From IMG/VR virus record IMGVR_UViG_3300030116_003627, positions 4,240 through 68,239 of that record: 64,000 nucleotides of DNA. The stretch is one strand, 5' to 3'. This document shows positions 29,832 to 38,901 of the stretch, piece after piece; position 1 is the first letter of the stretch, and each line of letters starts with the position of its first letter. The stretch is from a virus. The notes under the pieces are model-generated. The model did no database searches, was not told the origin of the DNA, and worked only from the letters and a program-made list of their open reading frames with translations. The position numbers were made by a program, and so were the translations under genes.

Positions 29832-30597
29832 TGTACATATCCATTAAACCCTTGTAGGTGTTAGTTTCAATAGGACAGAGCTTATCACAGTTTTTACACA
29901 CTGTCAAGTCTTTTCTATTACCTTCTACTAAATTAGTTCTGTAAGACATTAACATTGGATTCTCTTCTATGTATTCTGATATTGTTTCAGTCTTAATATT
30001 CCCCAGAGATATTCTGTTGAACCAATCATGACAACATAGATTGTAATCACCGTTCCAATCAATTATAATTCTTTCAAAAATAATACTACATGTTGTATCA
30101 TCAAGTGTTTTAGTAATATGTTCTTCATATCCCCGACTAGACATATTAAGGCCATACGGAGTTTCAGTCTTTACTTCTATTCCATAATCTGGTCTATGAT
30201 CTAGGTGCAGATTATTATATCTGCCTTCCCACTCATTTGTAATTAATGTTGGGTCTAAATCATAAATGTCATAGTGAACACTAGAAAACTTTGGTATCAG
30301 ATGTTCATACTGTTTTAAATTTTTTCCATTAGTAATTAGAAGCAGATTAAACTTTGATAATATGTTAACTGCTTCTTCAAAATACTGATGTAATGTTGGT
30401 TCACCCTTTCCTGATAAAACAACATCACCACCAAATTCAATCTCATCTAAATGTTTTGCAATTAGTTCTACAGTGTCCAAAGACATGTGTACGTTGCTAT
30501 TAGGAAACCCAAAAGCATGTGGACAAAATGAACACTGTAGATTACAAAGATCAGTTAGATTAAGTTCTACTGATTTTAGTACATCAGTAAAAATCAC
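29818..30597 (-). CDS. Radical SAM / SPASM-twitch protein
   Basis: CNLQCSFC, GEPTLH, C...GDYNLCCHD...GN...CKNC. Confidence 0.9.
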   Translation of the reverse strand: MIFTDVLKSVELNLTDLCNLQCSFCPHAFGFPNSNVHMSLDTVELIAKHLDEIEFGGDVVLSGKGEPTLHQYFEEAVNILSKFNLLLITNGKNLKQYEHLIPKFSSVHYDIYDLDPTLITNEWEGRYNNLHLDHRPDYGIEVKTETPYGLNMSSRGYEEHITKTLDDTTCSIIFERIIIDWNGDYNLCCHDWFNRISLGNIKTETISEYIEENPMLMSYRTNLVEGNRKDLTVCKNCDKLCPIETNTYKGLMDMYNACR

Positions 30598-30784
30598 TAT
30601 TTTTTTCGTTTACAAATTCTTGATATGCTTCGTTGCCATACAGGACTTCATCCATGTCAAAGGACTGTGCATACTCAAGATCATAAGCAGCTTGCTTTTC
30701 CATGCTCTGACTCAGACGGTACTGGTTATCAAACTTCTTATTGCGGATTTTATTTTTCAGGGTTGCCATTCTATATTGCTCCAT
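30584..30784 (-). CDS. Hypothetical protein
   Basis: Short ORF coupled on both sides. Confidence 0.55.
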   Translation of the reverse strand: MEQYRMATLKNKIRNKKFDNQYRLSQSMEKQAAYDLEYAQSFDMDEVLYGNEAYQEFVNEKNSDFY

Positions 30785-31160
30785 TTGGTGTGTAGTAGGC
30801 GTACATGTTTTCTACATATCGGGCGGTGTCACTGTAATCATCAATATAATTATTGATTTGTCTACATTCCATACCTTTCATTGCTTCATATTGGACTAGT
30901 ATAGTAGTAAGTTTCCATCCTTCAATGTCACCTATGTCAACATCATACCCTTCTTCTTTTGCTTTGTCAAGCATAAAAATGTCAAAAATCACATTAAATT
31001 TTCTTACGGCTTCCTTTTTGGTTTCACCACAACCTAAAACTTCTGCGGCTGATAGTGATGCAATATCCTTGAATTCCATAATCATGTCATCTTTGACCAT
31101 CTCTTGACTCATAGCAACACTAGGAACCAAAGCAAACAGTACTGCTATGAACGTTTTCAT
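30771..31160 (-). CDS. Hypothetical secreted protein
   Basis: Signal-peptide-like N-terminus MKTFIAVLFALVPSVAMS. Confidence 0.6.
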   Translation of the reverse strand: MKTFIAVLFALVPSVAMSQEMVKDDMIMEFKDIASLSAAEVLGCGETKKEAVRKFNVIFDIFMLDKAKEEGYDVDIGDIEGWKLTTILVQYEAMKGMECRQINNYIDDYSDTARYVENMYAYYTPNGAI

Positions 31161-31970
31161 TTAACTCTCCCTAAACACTCTGTGTATATCTCTCAATAGA
31201 TTCTTGCCATCATCACGTTTCCGTTGGAACACGTTGCGTCCTATAATCATGCCATAACCACCATTCTTAGCGATTGCTTCTGCTTCCATTAGGATTGCTT
31301 CAGTGCCACGTCTAGACCCCCCAGAGAAGACTACAGGGACGCCACACGCCGCTTTAACAACACGGTCTACACGAATGCACAGAGTTGCCATACTGTCGTA
31401 GTTAGGAAGCTTGACCTTGATTACATCAGGTTCTAACTGTGCTGCAATATATGCTGCATGCATTGTAGTCTCAAATGATGTAGGATTAAAATCACCACCA
31501 CGGGGATAGGACCAGAGAATAGTCTTGGCAGTTGGAGATGCATGAGTCTTGATACGACCAAAGTAGTCAATCATCTCATCTTGATTTGGTGAACCCGGAT
31601 AAATTGTAAACCCAACACCACCCATTTGTTGAGCAGCTGTTGTGGTTGCATAGACCGCCTGTGTAGGAGCAAGGTCTTTGTTCAGATTGTTACCATGATT
31701 TAATTTCATGATAATATCTTTGGCAAGATGTGGATACCAAAACTTCAATAGGTTAGCAGTGCGTTGTGGCAGTGCTGTAGCACCTACCAAACCTTCTTCT
31801 AACAACTCAGCAATGTAGTCCACCTGATAGTTAACGTCCAGCATCTCAGGATGGTCTGAGGCATAGAACGCTGCATGTGGTCCATGCTCCACACCTTGAT
31901 CAATAGGAAGAATAAGAGTATAGTTACCCTTTTTGCCAAACTCTGGTTCACATAAACGCTTGTGTTTCAT
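31161..31970 (-). CDS. fbaB: Class I fructose-bisphosphate aldolase (FbaB/DhnA family)
   Basis: ILPIDQGVEHGP, GFTIYPGS, LWSYPRG, Schiff-base Lys in DVIKVKLP, VFSGG, IGRNVFQR. Confidence 0.9.
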   Translation of the reverse strand: MKHKRLCEPEFGKKGNYTLILPIDQGVEHGPHAAFYASDHPEMLDVNYQVDYIAELLEEGLVGATALPQRTANLLKFWYPHLAKDIIMKLNHGNNLNKDLAPTQAVYATTTAAQQMGGVGFTIYPGSPNQDEMIDYFGRIKTHASPTAKTILWSYPRGGDFNPTSFETTMHAAYIAAQLEPDVIKVKLPNYDSMATLCIRVDRVVKAACGVPVVFSGGSRRGTEAILMEAEAIAKNGGYGMIIGRNVFQRKRDDGKNLLRDIHRVFRES

Positions 31971-32098
31971 TCTCTTCCCTCAATTTTTTAATACGATACT
32001 TACAATCCTGTTGCAAACTTTCTAGTTCTTCAATATTTTCATGACGTAGGATAATCTCCATCGCCCGAATATAGTCACTGGTCTGTTTGATTTCAAAG

Positions 32099-32629
32099 TC
32101 AGTCAACATTGTAGCAGTACTCCCAGACCATATAACCCATAGTCACATCATCATCAGAGAAACCTTTCATGCCTTCAAGAACAGACATCCACTTGGCAAA
32201 CTCAATGATGCTTTCATCATTCACATTTACTTTGTATGTATCCCGATCATAACCAGTCTTTTTAGCAACAAACCGAACATACTTTTCAGTGTCATTTTCT
32301 ACAGGTGGAGCCCACTTGTAGATAGCCTCACTGAGAGTGAGTCCAGTGTAAAGACGGTCCAGAAGGTCAAACATAGCTGCATATCCCCATTCAGGAGCAG
32401 CGAAGGACTCAAACCCAGAGTCATTAGTCGTTTCGCCATAGTAGGTTACCTTTGTTTTCCGAATGTTACCGGGATTGTTATTCCGAGTAGGAAGGTTAGT
32501 AGATACATCAGTATAGTCATATTCACCAAAACTGACATAATTACAGTCCATAGTATCATCGGACCATGCTGGTCCGAAAAGAAAAGACAAAAGCAAAAAA
32601 CTTAATGCCGCCAAAATAATAATGCGCAT
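32099..32629 (-). CDS. NNPG-family lysozyme-like protein with N-terminal hydrophobic/signal segment
   Basis: RNNNPGNIR, F..PEWG..A, T....I.KWAP..ENDT..Y, EG. Confidence 0.7.
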   Translation of the reverse strand: MRIIILAALSFLLLSFLFGPAWSDDTMDCNYVSFGEYDYTDVSTNLPTRNNNPGNIRKTKVTYYGETTNDSGFESFAAPEWGYAAMFDLLDRLYTGLTLSEAIYKWAPPVENDTEKYVRFVAKKTGYDRDTYKVNVNDESIIEFAKWMSVLEGMKGFSDDDVTMGYMVWEYCYNVD

Positions 32630-32758
32630 TTACTGCAACCACTCTGGACCAAAAGCAACTGTAATGAACGAGAATACAAGTGCCATAACCATTACACCAA
32701 CTGGTAACACCATAAACTGCAAAAAGTACCGAAGTACACTATCATAATTCATTTTCAT
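32630..32758 (-). CDS. Small single-TM protein
   Basis: MKMNYDSVLRYFLQFMVLPVGVMVMALVFSFITVAFGPEWLQ, preceded by an AAGGA RBS. Confidence 0.55.
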   Translation of the reverse strand: MKMNYDSVLRYFLQFMVLPVGVMVMALVFSFITVAFGPEWLQ

Positions 32759-32771
32759 ATCCTTAAGAGTT

Positions 32772-32791
32772 GGGTGGAGATAACTCCACCC
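32772..32791 (-). terminator. Hairpin downstream of the DUF932 gene (weak terminator or processing stem)
   Basis: GGGTGGAG-N4-CTCCACCC perfect 8-bp stem; U tail poor. Confidence 0.5.
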
Positions 32792-32801
32792 GTTATTTAG
32801 A

Positions 32802-33746
32802 TTACATGTTAACTGCCAGTTCCAATGCCTTCTTCTTGACGTTCTGGTTTTGGCCGTACCAAGAAGACTGCAACCGAGTATCGGCATTACGGCCGAGAGT
32901 GTGGTCAGTCATGTAGGTGACAGTGTTGAACAACTGCCAGAAGGTGCCTTCACCAAGGTTTGCACCAGCCTGAGTGTGCATTACCTCTTGTGCTTCCCGA
33001 GACTTGTTAGAGTCACGATCAGAAGCGGAAGGGAAGACTTGGTTGAAGTAGTCCAACATCTGATCAGTCGTGTAAGACTTCTGACAAAGATACTCAGCAG
33101 CTTCCTTGTAAGTCTCCATCTTCTGCTGTGCTACGCCTAGAGTTGCCATAGCATCTTCAGCATTGAAGGGACGTTGGTGACCAACCCGAACATATTGATC
33201 AACATTCTGGTTCAGAGAAAGAGTCAGAGTGTTGTTACAGACAACCCGGATAGGAGTGAAACGCACGTCAATAGACTTGCCGTACTGGTGTGGGTTAGAG
33301 AACAGAAGGTAGGACTCTACAGAGTCTTCACCCTGATCAGTCTTGATGGTGAAACCGTCATTGACCTTTGCCAATGCCCAGACCATCTTACCATCCTTGA
33401 GGGAACCAGCGGTGTGCATTTTCATGTCACCAGCATCAACGAATTCACGGAAGAAGTCAAATGCTTCTGCGTTCTGGACAGGATTCCAGTCAGAACCTAC
33501 AATGTCCATGACTTTGTTGTCAGAAGAACGAACCAAAGCAGACTTGCCGGGAACCTCGCCCATCTCACCAAGATCATCCATGTAGTACATAGGCTGCTTG
33601 GTCACAGACCAGTCAAGACCAGCAGCTTCCATCATACCATCTGTGGTAATGTCATCAGAGACCTGAGTGCCAAGACCATGCCAAGGTGTGTCACCCGCAT
33701 AAGCCATCTGAGCAACACCGTTTACCATTTCAATTTCGTGAGACAT
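32802..33746 (-). CDS. DUF932 family phage/plasmid protein
   Basis: MSHE, PWHGLG, AGLDW.V, VQN.EAF.FF, TAGSL..G..VW.LA, TPIRVVCNNTL. Confidence 0.9.
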   Translation of the reverse strand: MSHEIEMVNGVAQMAYAGDTPWHGLGTQVSDDITTDGMMEAAGLDWSVTKQPMYYMDDLGEMGEVPGKSALVRSSDNKVMDIVGSDWNPVQNAEAFDFFREFVDAGDMKMHTAGSLKDGKMVWALAKVNDGFTIKTDQGEDSVESYLLFSNPHQYGKSIDVRFTPIRVVCNNTLTLSLNQNVDQYVRVGHQRPFNAEDAMATLGVAQQKMETYKEAAEYLCQKSYTTDQMLDYFNQVFPSASDRDSNKSREAQEVMHTQAGANLGEGTFWQLFNTVTYMTDHTLGRNADTRLQSSWYGQNQNVKKKALELAVNM

Positions 33747-33775
33747 CTTGTTTTCCTTTCTTAAGATACTCTTGC

Positions 33776-33804
33776 ATTATACTTGGTTTAAAACCAAAAG
33801 TCAA
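33776..33804 (-). promoter_or_regulatory. Sigma70-type promoter with palindromic spacer
   Basis: TTGACT-17 nt-TATAAT; spacer holds a TTGGTTT-N-AAACCAA inverted repeat. Confidence 0.75.
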
Positions 33805-33813
33805 CAACTTTTT

Positions 33814-34275
33814 TTATGCAGCCTCAGCCTCGTAAAAGACTTCGCCCGTATAGTCTTCACCGAAGATACCCTTCTCATCAAAACCATTTGAGAACGATTT
33901 GAGTGCTTGCTCCAGAAGCCGAAAATTAGGAGTGCTAGTGTAATAGGTTCCTACAAACCAAATCTCTTGATTAGCATCCCAAACATAGAGATATTCTTCA
34001 CCACAACTAGGGATAAAAACATTCTCTTCAGTTTTCATCTCAACTTTACCACCAGACTCTTTGTAAACATTACCTTCATCAGTGGCAGTCTCTTCTACAG
34101 TCTCTTTCAGACTGGACATGTCACCGAGAGCTACAAGGTCAAGAATGGTGTCAGTGTCATTGTAATGCTCATTAAGTACTTTACCGACATACCAAAGACC
34201 ACCATCCCAATGACAGTATGCCGTAGCAAAGTTTTTCCAGTCCGAGGTGATCATGATATTAGCACGGGTAGCCAT
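33814..34275 (-). CDS. Conserved phage early hypothetical protein
   Basis: MATRANI...YCHWDG...G..L..HY...LGDMSSL...EY.Y.W family pattern; start taken at MATR rather than 34326. Confidence 0.7.
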   Translation of the reverse strand: MATRANIMITSDWKNFATAYCHWDGGLWYVGKVLNEHYNDTDTILDLVALGDMSSLKETVEETATDEGNVYKESGGKVEMKTEENVFIPSCGEEYLYVWDANQEIWFVGTYYTSTPNFRLLEQALKSFSNGFDEKGIFGEDYTGEVFYEAEAA

Positions 34276-34500
34276 CTGGCAATTCCTTTCTTTAGTTACT
34301 ATGCGAACAGAATTTTCTCTGCCCACTCTACATAGGACTGCACTTCTTCAATGCCGTTGTCCCATGCACTTTGCTTCAGAGCAGACCGAATCTCAAGGTC
34401 TTCCATCATTTCCAACATCTGGATTGCTTCGTTGAAAGCAGCAACGTATGCATTTTCAAGATTGGTCATGTCAAACTCTCTTTCTCTCTCTTACATACTT

Positions 34501-34529
34501 AATATAGTAAAAAGGGGCCGCAATTGCAA
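34501..34529 (-). promoter_or_regulatory. Early sigma70-type promoter
   Basis: TTGCAA-17 nt-TATATT; downstream AAGTATGTAAGAGA shared with the promoter at 60402-60430. Confidence 0.8.
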
Positions 34530-34572
34530 GCCCCTTTTTTAATTTTTTTTCAACTATCGTTTCGGATTTTAT

Positions 34573-34884
34573 CTAAACTGGCCAACCCATACCATCAAAC
34601 TTCCGACCATCAGTCAGAGTGCGGACATTCTTTTTGTCTACAGATTGAATGATATTGTTACCCTGTAAAGAGATAACTCCATCAGGTTCAATAACCCGAA
34701 TGATATCATTAAGGCTGCCATACATGCGTGAGGTATACTCACCCTTCTTGGCATTCCAGTTTGAAATAATAGGTTTATCACCAATTTCTGCAATTCGTGA
34801 GAAGTAGTTATCAACTTCTACTTCAGGTGTCTTGACTACATTCTTGGGTTTGTTCTTAGAACCCTTTGGACGGCCTCGTGGCAT
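34573..34884 (-). CDS. AT-hook-containing small protein
   Basis: N-terminal PRGRPKGSKNK. Confidence 0.7.
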   Translation of the reverse strand: MPRGRPKGSKNKPKNVVKTPEVEVDNYFSRIAEIGDKPIISNWNAKKGEYTSRMYGSLNDIIRVIEPDGVISLQGNNIIQSVDKKNVRTLTDGRKFDGMGWPV

Positions 34885-34935
34885 AACAATCTCCTTTTAG
34901 AAACCATTATAGACTACCACACTATTTTAATCTTG

Positions 34936-36561
34936 TCAAGCCACTGAAAACATCAAAGATGAACTTTCATCATGATTAGCACATCCTTTAGACCATGCTT
35001 TAATGCCAAATGGTTCTTTGTATTTTTGTTTTACTTTTTTATTCAGTCTTGCAATACGGGTCTTTCCACCTTCTTGATACTCAGACCATTGTAGAGACTT
35101 ATATTCTTTCATAAGATTATCATATTGACTTTTATTTTTCAGAGATGCTTTAATCTCAGGCCATCTCTCATCAGGAAAGAAAGAAAGTAAGGTAAAGATT
35201 TTGAGATAATCAAAAACTTCGTCGTGTTGAATATATGGTTTTGGCATATTCAGCACCCATTCTGTAAGGAACCCACCTCTAGAAACATAATTTGGGTCTA
35301 GAAATCCAGCATTGACAGCAAGGTTTCTAAGACCAGTACCACGATATGGAACAAAAGATGCAATAGTTAGTGCATCCCAACCACGACATTCTCTGGTAAA
35401 CCGAGCAGTCTCTTCTACCATTGCTGGCGTTTCATATGGCATGCCAAGTATGATATTGAAGTTATATGGAATATCAGATTCATTGATATACTCCATATGC
35501 TTTAAGTATGTTTCGTTTGTTACATTTCTGCTCAGAATATCTTTGCGAAACTTCTCATTACCAGACTCAAGACCAAATGACATGCGATAACATCCAGCCT
35601 CTTTCATCATGGACATTGTTTCTGGTGTACAATTTTCAATACGAGTATTCATCCAGAATGGAATTTTGTATTTTGACCAAACCTTTGAAAACTCTTCAAT
35701 CTCTTTTTTTGGTCTAGCCAAGAAAGAATCATCCATAAACATAATCATTTCAGGATCATGCTTTTCAATAATTGCGACAATTTCTTTTTCAATCACTCTA
35801 GCATCTTTACGACGCATGAAATTGCCTTGATTATTTTCTTTGGAGAAAGCACGTTGTGATGGTGAGTTGCAGTATGTACAATTGTATGGACAACCCCTGT
35901 AAGTCTCCATTGGCACAACTCTCTGGAATACTCTACCACCCATAGGTCTTGCCCAGCGAGAATCATCAAACAAAGAGAAGTCCGGGGTGATAGCCGCAAT
36001 GTTACAAAGTTCTTGCTCTACATTTGTGTGCGCATGATCTTTGTACCTGTAAGTAGTTCCTTTGATATTTTCTAAAGACTCATTTCTCTTCCATGCATGG
36101 ATAGCATCTCTGACAACATATTCACCCTCATGATGACATACTTGATTAACCACATCATGTTGCAACAGCATATCTCTTGCTTCTCTAGCAAACACACCGC
36201 CAACTATATTAGGAATATTCTTTTCACGAATAGATTCTAGCAGTTCAATACCAAGTTTGTAAGTATCTTCTGCTACAGACATTAAAATTAAATCTGGATT
36301 ATATTCTTTGACTTTAAGTTGAAAATCACTTATTAGATTGTCAGGGTCACGAATTTCAAAAAACTCTTCCGCATCAGATGTTTGATTTGCACCAACACTA
36401 GTCAAAGTAACATGTCTATTTTTAAACTGATCAGAATGATATGTTGTTTCAAAAATATCTACTTCAACATCTTCTTCTTTGCAGATAGCAGTGAATAACC
36501 CCACACTAAGTGCAGGGGTAAACATCATAGGCAAATTTGGATAAAGGATTAGAACCTTCAA
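34936..36561 (-). CDS. Cobalamin-binding-domain radical SAM enzyme (class B-like), copy 1
   Basis: N-terminal B12-type Rossmann domain (PDLI..S, IVGGVFA), RGCPYNCTYC, DDSF, FGLESG, PYRGT. Confidence 0.9.
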   Translation of the reverse strand: MKVLILYPNLPMMFTPALSVGLFTAICKEEDVEVDIFETTYHSDQFKNRHVTLTSVGANQTSDAEEFFEIRDPDNLISDFQLKVKEYNPDLILMSVAEDTYKLGIELLESIREKNIPNIVGGVFAREARDMLLQHDVVNQVCHHEGEYVVRDAIHAWKRNESLENIKGTTYRYKDHAHTNVEQELCNIAAITPDFSLFDDSRWARPMGGRVFQRVVPMETYRGCPYNCTYCNSPSQRAFSKENNQGNFMRRKDARVIEKEIVAIIEKHDPEMIMFMDDSFLARPKKEIEEFSKVWSKYKIPFWMNTRIENCTPETMSMMKEAGCYRMSFGLESGNEKFRKDILSRNVTNETYLKHMEYINESDIPYNFNIILGMPYETPAMVEETARFTRECRGWDALTIASFVPYRGTGLRNLAVNAGFLDPNYVSRGGFLTEWVLNMPKPYIQHDEVFDYLKIFTLLSFFPDERWPEIKASLKNKSQYDNLMKEYKSLQWSEYQEGGKTRIARLNKKVKQKYKEPFGIKAWSKGCANHDESSSLMFSVA

Positions 36562-38255
36562 GCGACAACTCCAAAATGATCTTCAATACTAGGATCATGA
36601 TTAGCACAACCAATAGACCATGCCTTTACCCATTCAGCAGTTTGCTTTGGAGTAAATTTCTTGACCTTATTACTTCTATCTTGCCATGCTTTTTGCAGTC
36701 TGTCAATCTTTTCTTGACCACCTTCCTGATATTCTGCACCGTAGTATTCTTTATTACGAATTTCTAACAGTTTATCAATATTTTCTTTGGCATCAATCTC
36801 AGGCCACATTTCATCAGGGTAATAAGCATAAAGTGGAAATAACTGAACTAAATCAGAAATTTCTTCTGGCTGTAGATAAGGTTTTGGCATTTTAATTAAT
36901 GGTGTTCTAAATCCATCATTACTACCATCACCTTTACCAAGTTTTTGCTCAAGTGTCCATGTTAGATCAGCTTTCATAAAACCAGCTTCAACTGCAATAT
37001 CTCTTAACTCAGTACCGTGATAAGGTGACCATGCCGACACAGTAAAGGAATCATGTCCACCACACTCTCTAGAAAATCTAGCAGAGTCTAGTGCCATTTC
37101 TTTTGTCTCATAGGGCATACCAATAATAACATTGATAGAGTATGGAACATTAGACTTATTCACATAGTCAATATGCTGTAGATACTTTTCATTAGTAACA
37201 TTTCTTTTCAGGAAGTCTCTTCTATATTCTTCGTTACCAGACTCAAGACCAAATGTAATTCTGTACATACCACACTCTTTCATCATCTGCATGATTTCAG
37301 GAGTGCAGTTTTCAATGCGAGTGTTGCACCAGAAAGGAGTTTTGTGTTCACTCCAAACTTTTGCAAACGCCTCCAATTCTTTCATTGGTCTTGCTAGGAA
37401 TGAGTCATCAACAAAGTTTACATGGTCTACTTGGTGCCGTTCAAAGAAAGTTTCAAACTCTGCTTTAATAACATCAGCAGACTTCCTTCTCATAAAGTTG
37501 CCAGTACCAGCATCCTTAGAGAATGCTCTTTGGCCGGGAGAGTTACAGTATGTGCAAGAATAGGGGCAACCACGATATGTTTCCATCTGCATAGAAAAGT
37601 TGAACCAACGTCCACCCTGAAAACGTCCAAACCTTTTCTTATCAAAAAATTCAAAGTCTGGCGTAACTTCATTAATATCTACTAGATCAGCAGGAAGGTT
37701 CTTTTGTGCATGATCATCAAATCTATAGGTAGTGCCTCTAATGTCATGAAGAGGATTGCCTTCACGCAAGCATGTAATAGCATCTCTAACAACTTGCTCG
37801 CCTTCTTGATGACAAAGTTGATTTACAACATCATACTTTAGGACTTCTTCAGGAGCAAATGTAGTGAATACACCACCCATGATATTAGGGATATTTTTAT
37901 CCCGGATAGATTCTAATAGATCAATACCAACACTAAAAGAATCTTCTACACAAGAAACTAAGATAAGGTCTGGTTTAAATTCTTCTACTTTAGCAATAAA
38001 GTCAGGAACAGCTTGTTTGGATGGTTTGATATCAATCCAATCATTTGCATCTAATTCTGCTCTACCTTGGTGACCAGACTTTTTTGTTGCAATTCTCCGA
38101 CTTTGAAATTGGTCTGTATAAGCTGTTGTTTCAAATAAATCTACAGGGGCATTCATTTCCTTACAAATAGATGTAAGAATTGCCATAGAAATAGGTGGAG
38201 AGAACATTAATGGAATGTTAGGGTATACAAGTAATACCCTTGGATTGGCAATCAT
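36558..38255 (-). CDS. Cobalamin-binding-domain radical SAM enzyme (class B-like), copy 2
   Basis: Same architecture: RGCPYSCTYC, DDSFLARP, FGLESG, PYHGT; clear paralog of copy 1. Confidence 0.9.
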   Translation of the reverse strand: MIANPRVLLVYPNIPLMFSPPISMAILTSICKEMNAPVDLFETTAYTDQFQSRRIATKKSGHQGRAELDANDWIDIKPSKQAVPDFIAKVEEFKPDLILVSCVEDSFSVGIDLLESIRDKNIPNIMGGVFTTFAPEEVLKYDVVNQLCHQEGEQVVRDAITCLREGNPLHDIRGTTYRFDDHAQKNLPADLVDINEVTPDFEFFDKKRFGRFQGGRWFNFSMQMETYRGCPYSCTYCNSPGQRAFSKDAGTGNFMRRKSADVIKAEFETFFERHQVDHVNFVDDSFLARPMKELEAFAKVWSEHKTPFWCNTRIENCTPEIMQMMKECGMYRITFGLESGNEEYRRDFLKRNVTNEKYLQHIDYVNKSNVPYSINVIIGMPYETKEMALDSARFSRECGGHDSFTVSAWSPYHGTELRDIAVEAGFMKADLTWTLEQKLGKGDGSNDGFRTPLIKMPKPYLQPEEISDLVQLFPLYAYYPDEMWPEIDAKENIDKLLEIRNKEYYGAEYQEGGQEKIDRLQKAWQDRSNKVKKFTPKQTAEWVKAWSIGCANHDPSIEDHFGVVA

Positions 38256-38878
38256 TTGTGAACCTTAATATCTAAATTATCTGGTTTTTTAAATGGAACG
38301 TTATCATGTTTATGATGGATAACAAATTGCGTACCACTAAACTCTTTAAAAATCCCTTGGAAGATTGGGCGCCATACACGGGTCAATCTTTCGGTATTAG
38401 TGGCTCCCCGATCAGATGGAAGATAGAAATCGGTTTTGGACCGAATATCAAAATCCATAATAGAATCAAAACCATAGATGTGAATTTCGTCCGCCTTTAA
38501 TTTGTTTGCTGCATAGTGAGTTGCAAAGTGACCACAATTGAAATCAGTATAGTTCTTTGCATATTTAGGCAAAACCTCATAGAATTCTTTTACTTGTGGG
38601 GAGTATTTCATATAGAAGCTTTGTCGCATCTCCATCCACTTCTTAGGTCTTACTCCAAGAACCCACGGATAAGGATTTATAACACTACCTTCTGTGATTG
38701 CTTTCATCATCTTGAAATCAACCATACAAGAAACATACACATTGGGTACTTCAAATGGGGGCAGATTGCATGTGATCTTCAAACCCTTTGCAGGTTTGTA
38801 ATGAACAGCATTATCACCATTACCAATAATATGAACTACTCTAGCCATTATTCTTTTTAACTCCTGATAACCAATCAA
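38252..38878 (-). CDS. Glycosyltransferase-like / Rossmann-type protein
   Basis: VHIIGNG.., CN, N.GH.A, I.IYGFD, a layout resembling sialyltransferase/DUF115-like folds. Confidence 0.5.
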   Translation of the reverse strand: MIGYQELKRIMARVVHIIGNGDNAVHYKPAKGLKITCNLPPFEVPNVYVSCMVDFKMMKAITEGSVINPYPWVLGVRPKKWMEMRQSFYMKYSPQVKEFYEVLPKYAKNYTDFNCGHFATHYAANKLKADEIHIYGFDSIMDFDIRSKTDFYLPSDRGATNTERLTRVWRPIFQGIFKEFSGTQFVIHHKHDNVPFKKPDNLDIKVHK

Positions 38879-38901
38879 CTAAAGAGTATCTAGTCACTTT
38901 A

